A DNA stretch of 64,000 nt from Octopus bimaculoides. Lineage: Eukaryota. The notes below the pieces were generated by a model, which searched no databases, was not told the origin of the DNA, and saw nothing but the letters and a program-made list of their open reading frames with translations. Each line of letters starts with the position of its first letter. The stretch's first letter is position 1. This document shows positions 1 to 11,810 of this stretch, piece after piece. Position numbers and translations under genes: made by a program. The stretch spans positions 50,226,798 through 50,290,797 of the forward strand of contig NC_068987.1 in the NCBI RefSeq assembly GCF_001194135.2, written 5' to 3'.

Positions 1-21
1 TATATATATATATATATATAT

Positions 22-212
22 GGGAGAATATACAAATAATAACAACAGACGAGGACAGGTGGTGTAAATAACAAAAGTATATATTAGTATGACGCTCGGG
101 AATACGGAAAGTCTTTGACGTTTCGAGCTACGCTCTTCAACAGAAAGAATACGGAGACAAGGAGAAAAACACGGAGAAAAAAAATTGAATAGTGTTCAGT
201 CAACGGTCAATC
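22..212 (-). mobile_element. ~190-nt CpG-retaining unit embedded in (TA)n, carrying a hammerhead-like motif; probable Penelope-like terminal-repeat fragment
   Basis: Flanked by (TA)n on both sides; contains the minimal hammerhead fold at 112-148. The PLE assignment is inferred from the known association of such motifs with PLEs. Confidence 0.55.
112..148 (-). ncRNA. Minimal type I hammerhead ribozyme-like motif, variant core CUGUUGA
   Basis: Minus strand: TCTTT (stem I 5') CTGTTGA A GAGC-GTA-GCTC (stem II) GAAAC GTC AAAGA (stem I 3'). Both stems pair perfectly; GUC triplet; core A6 replaced by U. Confidence 0.6.
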
Positions 213-1212
213 ATATATATATGTGTGTGTGTGTATATATGTTTGTCCATAGATTACACCGGATACACCTTATGAAATTTCTACCTATGTCTTTTCTACA
301 GTTATGTGTATGTATATATATGTGTATATTTATATATGTATGTATATATATTTATATATGTATGTATATGAGATCGGANNNNNNNNNNNNNNNNNNNNNN
401 NNNNNNNNNNNNNNNNNNNNNNNNNNNNNNNNNNNNNNNNNNNNNNNNNNNNNNNNNNNNNNNNNNNNNNNNNNNNNNNNNNNNNNNNNNNNNNNNNNNN
501 NNNNNNNNNNNNNNNNNNNNNNNNNNNNNNNNNNNNNNNNNNNNNNNNNNNNNNNNNNNNNNNNNNNNNNNNNNNNNNNNNNNNNNNNNNNNNNNNNNNN
601 NNNNNNNNNNNNNNNNNNNNNNNNNNNNNNNNNNNNNNNNNNNNNNNNNNNNNNNNNNNNNNNNNNNNNNNNNNNNNNNNNNNNNNNNNNNNNNNNNNNN
701 NNNNNNNNNNNNNNNNNNNNNNNNNNNNNNNNNNNNNNNNNNNNNNNNNNNNNNNNNNNNNNNNNNNNNNNNNNNNNNNNNNNNNNNNNNNNNNNNNNNN
801 NNNNNNNNNNNNNNNNNNNNNNNNNNNNNNNNNNNNNNNNNNNNNNNNNNNNNNNNNNNNNNNNNNNNNNNNNNNNNNNNNNNNNNNNNNNNNNNNNNNN
901 NNNNNNNNNNNNNNNNNNNNNNNNNNNNNNNNNNNNNNNNNNNNNNNNNNNNNNNNNNNNNNNNNNNNNNNNNNNNNNNNNNNNNNNNNNNNNNNNNNNN
1001 NNNNNNNNNNNNNNNNNNNNNNNNNNNNNNNNNNNNNNNNNNNNNNNNNNNNNNNNNNNNNNNNNNNNNNNNNNNNNNNNNNNNNNNNNNNNNNNNNNNN
1101 NNNNNNNNNNNNNNNNNNNNNNNNNNNNNNNNNNNNNNNNNNNNNNNNNNNNNNNNNNNNNNNNNNNNNNNNNNNNNNNNNNNNNNNNNNNNNNNNNNNN
1201 NNNNNNNNNNNN

Positions 1213-1261
<49 letters not shown>

Positions 1262-1499
1262 GTGTGTATATTCATACATGCACATATACTGTATACACTC
1301 TCATATATATGTGTATGTGTATATGCACGCACAAAAATATAATTCATTGATATGCATCCGTATTTGTATATGTATCTTGTATTAGACATATCTTCTACTT
1401 TAGTCTGAGGTTGTTGTAGAAAATACTTGCCTGAGGTGTCATGCACTGGAACTGAATCTAGAACCATGTGGTTCTGAATCAAACTTAGCCAGACACCCA

Positions 1500-1795
1500 T
1501 CATATTAAGTGATACTCCATTGTTGATCCAATCATCAGAAGAGCCTGTTTGTGAAATTATTGTGTAAATGGCTGAGTTCTCCACAGATAAATTCAATGCG
1601 ACACAGGATGTGACAACGCTGGCTCTTTGAATTACAGTTGCTCCTCAGTTTTCCCAGTTGACTGGATTAGAGCAATGTGAGATAAAGTGTGTTGCTTATG
1701 AATACACCACCGGGTATCAAACTCATGACGTTATGATCACGAGCCAGGTTCCCTAACCATTCAGCCACGCATCTTCATTCACACCCATCATGTAT
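1500..1795 (-). mobile_element. tRNA-derived SINE (family F), decayed
   Basis: Minus strand begins GCGTGGCTGAATGGTTAGGG (A-box-like) ... GAGTTTGATACCC (B-box-like), followed by a unique body. Confidence 0.55.
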
Positions 1796-3342
1796 ATTCA
1801 CACATGATGCACTCATGCATTTTGATATACTCAACTAGATTAATATTGCCGCATGACCACTGTCCAGTGACTGAAGTCAATGAAAGAAGTATTGGTACAT
1901 ACGCATGTACACAAACATACATTCCAGAGTCTGATCTTAAAAATTGATTGAAGCTGTTTTAACCTGTGGGTGGGGAAAGCCAAAATGTTATACCCCACCA
2001 CCACTATGAATTTGTGATACTGTACATATGTAAGGAACCTACAAAAGAAAGATTTTCTGACTTTATCCCCAGCTCAAGGTGTAATGTCTTTATAAGGACT
2101 TGGTCATATTTACTTTTGGAACATGAAAATTCTTTGAAATTTGCCAGTTTTCTTGAGTGTAATGGTATACTTCTCCATCACCTATCTGGTGTGTAGTGAA
2201 TCTCTCTTTTCTTCTCTCTGTTTGTCTCTCTGCCTGGCCTATTTTCTCTCTCTTTCTCTCTCTCTCTTCAGTCTTCTTATTTGTTTGGTTAGCTTGCTTT
2301 CTCTCTCTCTCTCATACATATACATACATAGACATGTGTTGTCTCTCCCCCACTTCAGTCTTTCTACTTGTTTTGGTTAGCTTGTTCTTCCAATCTGTCT
2401 CTCTTTCATATATACACTCACTTCTGTTGAACATTTTTTTCTTGTGTATATTCCTTCCATAGTTCAATTCTTATTTGTCTGCTATATCTGTCTTGTGTAT
2501 ATTATAGAATACCCATTTTGCTTTATACTCAAATTGTGTCTTTTTGTATTTATTATTAGCAGACTCAACAGATCAAATTACTATATATCCCATATCACGC
2601 TTACATTTCACATACTTTTGCATTTGTTTATTTTTATTTTATTTTTTTTTTTTTTCATTTTCTCATATAATTTCCACATTCCCTAATTTAAAGCATATGA
2701 ATTTTTATTTTGTTTTCTCTTTTTTTCTTTTTGCCATAGTAAAATTTATTTTTCCTATCTACAAATATACGTTTTCTTGTTTGCTGATGTGTATTTATAA
2801 CAACCTTCCATGCTTGAAGGAACACAGCAGCATTTTTTCATACTATAAGCTCAATATCTTCACCACTGGGACTATATTTACCAGACTGGGCATATTAAAA
2901 AATTACAAAATTTGGATGCGTTTTTGCTGTTAGTTTTGTTCTCTGCTCTCTCTTTCTCTCTCTCACACACCCACACACTCTTGGATGTGTGTGTTCCATA
3001 AACCTTCTAAAAATTTTTTATAAGAAACATATTCAAATGTTTCTTTATCTAATCATACACATATCATTTCATAGTACCATTTAAGTTATTGGGATTATCC
3101 TAAAAACAACAATAATATAACTTGAAACAGAATAGATAGGCTGGGATTGATCAAAAACCACTATAAAAATAATTTGTAATAAGCTTACAACCAAAAATTT
3201 AATAAAGTGGAATTCTTTTATTAAAATCTGTTGTTCTTAGGTTTATACAATAACTGTACTTAATTTTGCTTCAGTTTGCCTTATATTGTTATCTCTAACA
3301 GTGAAAGAGCACCATATTTTAACAAAAATTGCATGTCTTCTT

Positions 3343-3558
3343 TTAACTGTTTTCGTTACCATATATCTTTATTTCAATGAATTTTGAAAATAATGAAAAA
3401 TTTATTAAAATAATTTTGTCATTATTAAGATGGAGTTTTGGAACATAAATTTACATGAAGTTTTGATGGGAGGTTTTTAATTAGATCACTTTGAAACAGG
3501 GAATTTGTATCATAGAACCAGAGGTAGTCTCAGGTGGGATTGGTATTGAAAATGTTAA
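3343..3558 (+). mobile_element. TTAA-flanked MITE (piggyBac-like family P1)
   Basis: TTAA at 3343-3346 and 3555-3558; body homologous to copies at 16646-16877, 46524-46731 (reverse) and 57698-57915 (shared GTCATTATTAAG...GGAACATAAATT...TTAGATCACTTT...TATCATAGAACC). Confidence 0.65.
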
Positions 3559-4026
3559 AGAAACTTCCTAAGATAAATAAGAATTATACAGCTGTTAAAT
3601 GTTTATGTATAAAAGCAAAAGAAGCACTTCTGTTCTGTAGTTTGCTAATTATAAACTAAATATATGTCGGTAGTTTTACTGTGCTATTTTGTGGGTTGGG
3701 GTTCTTCAGAATACCAATGGAATATGGGGCTTGGTGATTAACCTGGTTTATTAATGGTATGAAGGTTTTGAATGCATATTCAGTAAATTAATACAAGTCT
3801 TTTGGAAGAAATTTGAGAAACAAGTTTTTCTTGGAGAAAAATATTTGAAAGGCATCTGTTATATATATGTATGTATGTACACACACCCACATACACACAC
3901 ACATACAAACATATACATCTACCTGTCTGTCAATATAATTATATATATGCAGAGTGAGAGAGAGAAAAAGAGAAAGAGAAATAGAGGGAGGGGGAGACAG
4001 AAGCAGATAGAACGATATATATATAC

Positions 4027-4060
<34 letters not shown>

Positions 4061-4417
4061 NNNNNNNNNNACACACACACACACATATATATATATGTAT
4101 GCATGTGTACACACACACACATTAGTGTTTTTTATGCTTATTTATGAAAACAATTTAAAATTAAGCTGAAGGTTTACTCAATACCTTTACATTGACAGAG
4201 TCTTCAAAGTTTATATGTATGTATTATGTGTGTGTGTTAGTAGCATTTTGAACTGAAGAATTTAATGGAAATACGATGTTTTTATATCCATGACAAACTT
4301 TAGAACATCTGTCTCGGGCCTGATGCAATGACTTTTTTTGTGTATATTAAAGAATTTTTTCTGAATGTTCTTTTCTTGTATTTGCTTATTTGATAAACAT
4401 TTTTCTTATTTTTTCAG

Positions 4418-4525
4418 GTTTCCAAACTTGTGATTCTACATGAAGAAGCTGAAGATGGCAACGCCATGCCTGATTTGGCTCGGCCAGTGCAAGCTGTCAA
4501 AATGGCTGTCGACAATTTGGTTAAG
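4418..4525 (+). CDS. VCL: Vinculin, first visible coding exon ([36 protein letters not shown])
   Basis: ttttcag|GTT...AAG|gtaatt; 108 nt, phase 0-0. Matches vinculin N-terminal D1 (human [37 protein letters not shown]). The initial MPVFHT...QQ exon is not in the window. Confidence 0.97.
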
Positions 4526-4743
4526 GTAATTTCAAACTTTTATGTCTAGCTGGTTAATATATAGTGATAAAATAGTCTTATAATACTATTTGTGTCCAGA
4601 ACAAAATGGTTGGCAGGCTTTGGTTTTCGACTTCCAGCTCAAAGTGTTTAAGTTCAAATCCACTAAGGGTGCTTTATTATGTGCTTATACAGTACATACA
4701 GTAATATAAGATATGTCAAGCTAAGTAAAATTGTGGTCATCCA

Positions 4744-7700
4744 TACATACAGATCATCATCATCATCATCATCGTTTAACGTCTGTTTTCCATGCTGGCA
4801 TGGGTTGGACAGTTTGACTGGGAGTCTGGGAAGCCAGGAGGCTGTACCAGGCCCCAATCTGATCTGGCAGTGTTTCTACAGCTGGATGCCCTTCCTAATG
4901 CCAACCACTCCGAGAGTGTAATGGATGATTTTTACATGCCACCAGCACAGGGGCCAGAGGAGCTGGCATTGACCATGATTGGATGGTGCTTTTTATGTGC
5001 TACCGGCACAGAAGCCAGTCAAAGTGACATTGGCATCGGCCATGTTCGGATAGTGCTTTTTATGTGCTACCAGCACGAGGATCTCAACTACAATTTCCAT
5101 TTGATTTAATTTTCATATTGCTGTTGATGTTGATGTACATGACTCAGTAGGTCTCCTCAAGCATGGCATGTTGCCCTACGATCCAAAGGTATGTCCAACA
5201 TTTCTCTCAGGGCACACATGCATCATACAATCTACCTTTCACTCTGAGCGAGAGGCCCTTTGTCACCAGTAGAGTTAGGAGCTTTCTGAACTTTGCCCAG
5301 GCTATTCTTATTCTAGTGGCAATGCTCTCTGAGCATCCACCCCCCACTACAGACTTGGTCACCTAGGTAGTGGAAGTTATCAACTACTTATAGTTTCTCC
5401 CCCTGTCATGTGATGGGATCTCTTTTCTGAGCATCTGTGGTGTTTATTGCCCCTGTGCAACTGCTGCACGTGAAAGCTATCTTCCCGGTTAATCTTCCTT
5501 TGATGTTGCTACACCACTTATGTATCGATAGCTCACACTGGGTACATCTTATGGAGTTTCTACCTACACCTTTTCTACAGATCGAGCAGGGCCACCTACC
5601 TGAAGAGGTGTGTGATGTGTTCACTTTCCTACTTACTAGGACTTTGGTCTTTGTAACATTGACTCTAAGGCCCTTTGATTCTAAACCTTGCTTCCACACT
5701 TGAAGTTTCTTCTCTAGTTCTGGTAGTGATTCTATGAGGGCCAGGTCATCAGGATATAGGAGTTCCCAGGGGCAGCCTGTCTTGAATTCCTCTGTTATTG
5801 CCTGGAATAACAGAATTCTTCACTATACTCATTTCCAATCCTAACCCTACTAATGGCATCTCTGTATAGGGCCTGTACAGCCCTTATTAACCATTAGTCA
5901 CTCCCCAGTTTCTGCATTGCCCACCAGTTAAGGGATCGGAGGACCCTGTCAAAGGCTTTCTTCAAGTCCACAAAAGCCAAATATAGGAGTTTATCTTTGG
6001 CTAGGTATTTCTCCTGCAGTTGCTGTACCAGGTATATAGCATCAGTGGTGCTTCTATCTGCCACAAAACCGAACTGCATCTCATCTAAGCAGACTCTCTT
6101 TAATTAGTTGAGCTATGACCCTCTCCGTGACCTTCATCACCTGACCTAGCAGTTTGATACCCCTGTAGTTAGTTCTGTCTAAAGCACCACCTTTACCTTT
6201 GTAGCAGTTGACTATGGTGCTGCTACGCCTGTCATTGGGTGTGACTCCATCATGAACTACCTGGTTTACAATACGGATGATTAGGCCATAGCCCACACCA
6301 CCAGATATTTTAAGCATCTCAGCGATGATTCCTGATGGGCCGGAGGCCTTTTCCTGGCTTCATATCCTTAATTGCTTTATCTACCAGGGTGCTGTCTATT
6401 TGGATAGCTTGTCCCTCTACTGGGTCAACATTTGGCAGGCTCTCCTACTCCCATTCATTCTCTATGTTCAGCAGTCTTTCATAATGGCTTCTCCAAGCCT
6501 CTTTCTTTTCAGAATCATTAAATGCAAGTGTGCCATCATATATGCGGACACATTTCTCTCCTGTGACATCACAATCTTCTCTCACACACTGTCTTGCAAT
6601 CTGGAAAACTTCAGTTCTTTTGTCCTCATGTCGCTGGACATTGGCAAGCTTCTTCTTTTCTGCTTTGCCCTTGGCTTTGTATACCTGTTGCCCAGCCTCC
6701 CTTTTGGCTATATGGTATGGTTCCCTGCTACCCCCACTCTTCCAGGCTTTTCCAGCCTGTTTCTTTGCTCTGATGGCTTTATCTACCGTATTATTCCACC
6801 ACCACGTTACTCTAGGTCTGGAAGGGACTTTGCACCATCCGCAGACATGGTCTCTGGCACTCAGTAAGCTGTCCTGTAGGAATTTCCAGCTACCTTCTAT
6901 GTCCGAGGTCTGTAGCTTCTCCTCCCTCTCATCAAATTTCTTGATGAGGATGTCCCTAAATCTCTGACCATGTGAAGGGTTTTTTAGCTTCCAAATCCTT
7001 CTCTTCTGGATTGGTCTGCTTCTTGGCATCCTCTTGGTCTTAAGTCAAAAGTCACTAATGATTAGTCTATGCTGGTGGGTGCATTCCTCACCTGGGAGTG
7101 TCTTTGTATACAAGAGCAATCCTGCGTCCTGCTGTCTGGTGAGGATGAAATCAATCTGGCTGGCACAGTCCCCTGATTGATAGGTTATCAGGTGGCTGTC
7201 TGGCTTCCTGAACTTAGTGTTGCAGATTAAAAGGTTACATGCATCACAGAACTCCAGTAGCCTAGTTCCCTCATCGTTCCAAGAACCAATACCATAGCCC
7301 CCGTGTACACCAGTGAAGATACTGTATTTCTGCCCAACATGCCCATTAAAATCTGCAGCCACAAAGGTGAGGTCATTGCCACTTGTCTTTGAGGTAACCT
7401 GTAGAAGGTTATCATAAAAATGGTCCTTCTGATCATTTGGTAGCCCCGCTTGTGGGGCGTAGGAAGAGATAATTGTAGCTGTGCTGTTCTGCAGGACTAA
7501 CCTGAGCTTAAGCACTCTATCGCATACCCTGACAACCTCTATGACCTTATCCACCCATTTCTCCGCAAGGAGTATGCCTACACACCCTACTCCATCCATG
7601 TTACCTTGCCAGAAGTCTTTATACCTATGTGCCTTGCCTGTGAGGACCCTAGCTGAAGCTCCTCTCCATCTTACCTCTTGTATGCAGCATACATCAACCT

Positions 7701-7850
7701 GTCTCCTTTCAAGCATCTCTACAATCTCACTAGACCTACCTTTCAGTGTGCCTACATTAACAGTGCCAACTCTGAAAACTGGGAAGGGAACGTGGGATGA
7801 GGCTTGGGGAGGAGAGATGTTATTCAGTGCCTGACAGATATGTCCTCTTA
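4744..7850 (-). mobile_element. Near full-length decayed RTE-clade non-LTR retrotransposon (APE endonuclease, RT, PHD finger, (GAT)n tail)
   Basis: APE: VGTVNVGTLKGRSSEIVEMLERRQVDVCCIQEVRW...DFNGHVG...SQIDFIL...HRLIISDF (7045-7790). RT: YRGIKLL, QFGF, FVDLKKAFD, WELLYPDD (YADD mutated). Multiple frameshifts and stops; the QGSxLSP motif is deleted near 5815 and the C-terminus after LYDACV is deleted. The 3' UTR ends in GACGTTAAACGATGATGAT at ~4744. Confidence 0.93.
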
Positions 7851-7859
7851 CTCCCTCTC

Positions 7860-8155
7860 CCAGTTGAGAGATCATTGTCTTGCAGGTGCTAATGCCATGT
7901 AAAATGCATTCATGCCAGTGTCACATACAATACACTTGCGCTGGTGCCATGTAAAAAGCACCCTTACTAGTGGCATGTAAAAAAGCACCCAACATACTTT
8001 GTAAAGTGGTTGGCATTAGGAAGGGCATCCACTTGTAGAAACCAGGCCAAAACAGACAATTGGAGCCTAGACAGATCTCCAGCTGTCCAGTTCCTGTCAA
8101 ACCATCAAACCATCCAACCCATGGATGTTGAATGATGAAGGTGATGATAATGATA
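7860..8155 (+). mobile_element. RTE 3'-tail repeat (family C), opposite orientation, abutting the LINE 5' end
   Basis: Contains GTGGTTGGCATTAGGAAGGGCATCCA (8006-8031), the exact reverse complement of 4883-4908; ends in (GAT)n. Confidence 0.8.
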
Positions 8156-8959
8156 ACACAGTTGTTTGTATCCCAGCTTACCTTGCTGTTGAGGCTAGGT
8201 ATTAGATCATCAGGGAATGTTATCTGAAATAAACCAGTTCTACTCCTGGAGAGTTTACTTTCTTGTCTGTCTAATGCCAAGAAACTGAAGCTGAGCATTA
8301 GTTCTTAAAAGCTTTCTGTAGGTGATATATGTACATTTTTATATTTGTTGTCTCTTAGGTTTGGAAATCATTCAGTGTTTAGGGAATTAGGCTGGGTCTT
8401 TGAAAAACAGTTATTTGACTTAGTTGGAGATTAGCTATAAAACTTCAGGGGAACATTACCTGTAGGAAACACATGTCTAGCATCTCATTAATACATCAGA
8501 ACACTAAAACATTAATATTCCACTGTTGGCTTCTGGCAAGACCCTTTATTCTGTTTCGCTTAACTACATATATTCTCTAACTCTTCATAAAAACCATACA
8601 AATCCAATACTTGACTCAGTCCAACAGAAATTCACAGAAATTAGCCAAGTGTAAGTAAGCTAACGTCTCATCTGAAAGTATATTGAGCTTCTAATTCTGA
8701 ATATCTTTTGCTTATTCAACAAATTAAATCCCTTCCTCTAAAAATGTGTAACTTGTAAGTTTTTATTGATATTTACTTTTCTGATCACAGAGGAATGGAA
8801 AAGTGATGGCAATAAGCTAGAACACTAAACTTAATTACCTAATTAATTGTTAACAGTTTCATTAGATAATTTGAGAAATGTGTCAATAAATGAGCCAACA
8901 TTTTCCCAGCGGAGAAATATCAAGTTTAATACATCACTCTATTTTTATCCTTTAGTTGC

Positions 8960-9096
<137 letters not shown>

Positions 9097-9355
9097 AGGT
9101 GGCAAGCTGGCAGAATTGTTAGCACGTCAGGCAAAGTGCTTAGTGGCATTTTGTCTGTCATTATGTTCTGAGCTCAAATGCTGCTGAGGTCAACTTTGTC
9201 TTTCATCCTTGCAGGGTTGGTAAAATAAGTACCAATTGAGCATTGGGGTCAATGTAATTGACCTACCCACTCCCTTGAACTTGCTAGCTTTGTATCAAAA
9301 TTTGAAATCATCATCATCATCATTATTATTATTATTGTTATTATTATTATTATTG

Positions 9356-9386
<31 letters not shown>

Positions 9387-10425
9387 CATCATCATCATCA
9401 TCATCATCATTATTATTAAGGTGGCCAGCTGGCAGAATCATTAGTATGCTGGACGAAATGCTTAGTGGTATTTTGCCCATTGCTATGTTCTGAGTTCAAA
9501 TTCTGCTGATGTCAACTTTCACTCTTTCGGGGTTGATAAATTAAGTACCAGTCAAGTACTGGGGTCAATGCAATCAATTATCCCGTCTCCAAAAATCCCA
9601 GGCATTGTGCCTATAGTAGAAAGGATTATTATTATTACTATAATAATAATTTATTATTGTTATTGAGGCAGAATCATTAGCCTGCTGGGTGAAATGCTTA
9701 GCAGCATTTCATTAGCCTTTACATTCTGAGTTCAAATTCCACCAAGGTTGACTTTGCCTTTCATCTTTTTGGGGTCAATAAATTAAGTACCAGTTGCGTA
9801 CTGGGGTCAATCTAATCGTCTGGCCCCCGCCCCCAAAATTTCGGACCTGATTATTATTATCACCAGCTAAACACTGGGATTGATGTCATCAACTTAGACT
9901 TACTTTTGAAATTGTTGGCCTTGTACCAACATTTGAAACCATTAATAATAATAATAGTAATAATAATAATGTTGATGATAATGATAAGAATATTCTTTTC
10001 TACTATAGGTAAAAGCCTGAAATTTTGGGGCTGAGGACATGTCAGTGTCATTGACCCCATTGCTCACTGGTATTGTATTAACCCCAGAAGGATGAAAGGC
10101 AAAATTGGCCTCAGCAGAATTTGAAGTCAGAACATGAAGATAGATGAAATGCTGTTAAGCATCTGGTCCAGTGTGCTAACAATTCTGCTAGCTTGTTACC
10201 TTGATAATAATAATCCTTTCTGCTATAGGCACAAGACCTGAAATTTTGTGGGGACAGGGTCTAGTTGTTTATATCAATTCTAATGCTCCACTGGTACTTA
10301 TTTTATCAACACCCAAAAGAATGAAAGATGAAGTTGACCATGATGGAATTTGAACTCAACATAAAGATGGATAAAATGTCATTAAACATTTTGCCAAGTG
10401 TGCTAATAGATCTGCTAGCTCACCA

Positions 10426-10465
<40 letters not shown>

Positions 10466-11478
10466 CACAACAACAACAACAATCCTTTCTACTGGAAGTG
10501 CAAGGCCTCAAATTTGGTTGAAGGGATTAAGTCGATTACATCGACCTCAGTGCATAACTGGTACTTATTTAATTGATCCCAAAAGGATGAAAGGCAAAGT
10601 TGACCTCAGTGGAATTTTGACTCAGAATCTTGTGGCAGATGAAATACTGCTGAGCATTTTGCTCGGAGTGCTAATTATTCTGCCAGTTTGCCACATGAAT
10701 GATAATAATAATAAATGCCTTGATGCAGTACCTGGCAGTGACTCTCATGGCTTTTGATCTTAACTGATTGGAAGTGTTATCATGTATATGTTTTGTCTTA
10801 GTATAAAAGATCGGCTACAGTAAATATCCACTCAATACCACAGAGTTGCTTGTCAGTTGCTAGACTATAACCAGTTGAGCATGTCCCTTAGCGGCTGATA
10901 TGATCATCTCTGATCAAGAGCAGGAATAATGGGGGAGCATCATAGCCATGTGTTGAAAGGAATTCTTTAAGGTTTGAATAATTGCCCCCTGGAAGTATGG
11001 GTGTTTTGTTCATCATCCTTAAACAAACCTTATTCAAGGACCTTTTGAGTGGAATGGGCTAGTCGACCAGAATAAAATTCTAACTGGGCCCCACCTGCAA
11101 GGTCATGCACTGTTTATCTTGATATGAGATTATCATATGACACACATATGGTTTTGATGCATGTGTCTGGTGTACCCTAATCAGATGGTGGTCATGATGG
11201 GTATACTGGGCTTTGTATATTTGTACCCTAATGTCACTTTGATGGCAGGCCCTGCTCTCTCATTCAATAATAATAATAATATCATTTTTCTTAATTTGGC
11301 ACACAGCCAGCAATTTTGAGGGAGGGGCAAGTCAGTTATACTGGTACCTCCCCTTCTTGTATTTGATAGGTACTTTATTTTATGAACCGTGTAAGGATGA
11401 ATGACATAAAAAACCAGAAGAAATGCTGCTAAGCATTTTATCCAACTCGTTAAAAATTCTGCCAGCTCATCACTTTTC

Positions 11479-11510
<32 letters not shown>

Positions 11511-11810
11511 TTTGGTATCAGGCCAACAATTTTGAGGGTAGGGAATTGGTTGATACAAGGATTAAATGGTGCATTATCAACCCTGGAGAGATGAAAGGTA
11601 AAGATAAGCTCAGTGGGATTTGAACTCAGAATGTAAAGTGCTTGAACAAATGTCCCAAGGCATTTTTTTCAATGCTGTAACAATTCTGCCAATTTGCCAA
11701 CTTAATAACTGTTTTAGATTTTTGCACATGGCCTGCAGTTTTGTGGAGGAAGGAGTTAGTATTTGTTTATGCTATCAACCCCTGTGTGATGAAAGATAAA
11801 GTTGACCTTG
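9097..11810. mobile_element. Array of ~10 family-B tRNA-derived SINEs (4 plus, then 6 minus), separated by (ATT)/(AAT) tracts
   Basis: Recurrent GCTGGCAGAAT.GTTAGCA...CTGAGTTCAAATTC (B-box-like)...TTTGCCTTTCATCC...AAGTACCAGT...CTGGGGTCAAT...GGCCTTGT; plus copies start ~9097, 9419, 9665, 9862 (partial); minus copies ~9990-10700 and ~11275-11810. Confidence 0.88.

Noticed and set aside
185-1596. Long ORFs of X, YI, CV or HT repeats here and at other gaps
   Set aside because: Artefacts of N-runs and dinucleotide microsatellites, which lack stop codons.
2141-2380. ORF-track peptide starting MPVF, like the vinculin N-terminus (MPVFHT)
   Set aside because: It starts at TTG, diverges immediately (MPVFLSVMVY), runs into CT-rich simple sequence and has no fitting donor; a coincidence, not exon 1.
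6325-6967. Plus-strand ORFs of 145-180 aa
   Set aside because: Antisense shadows of the RTE LINE ORF with no independent coding signal.
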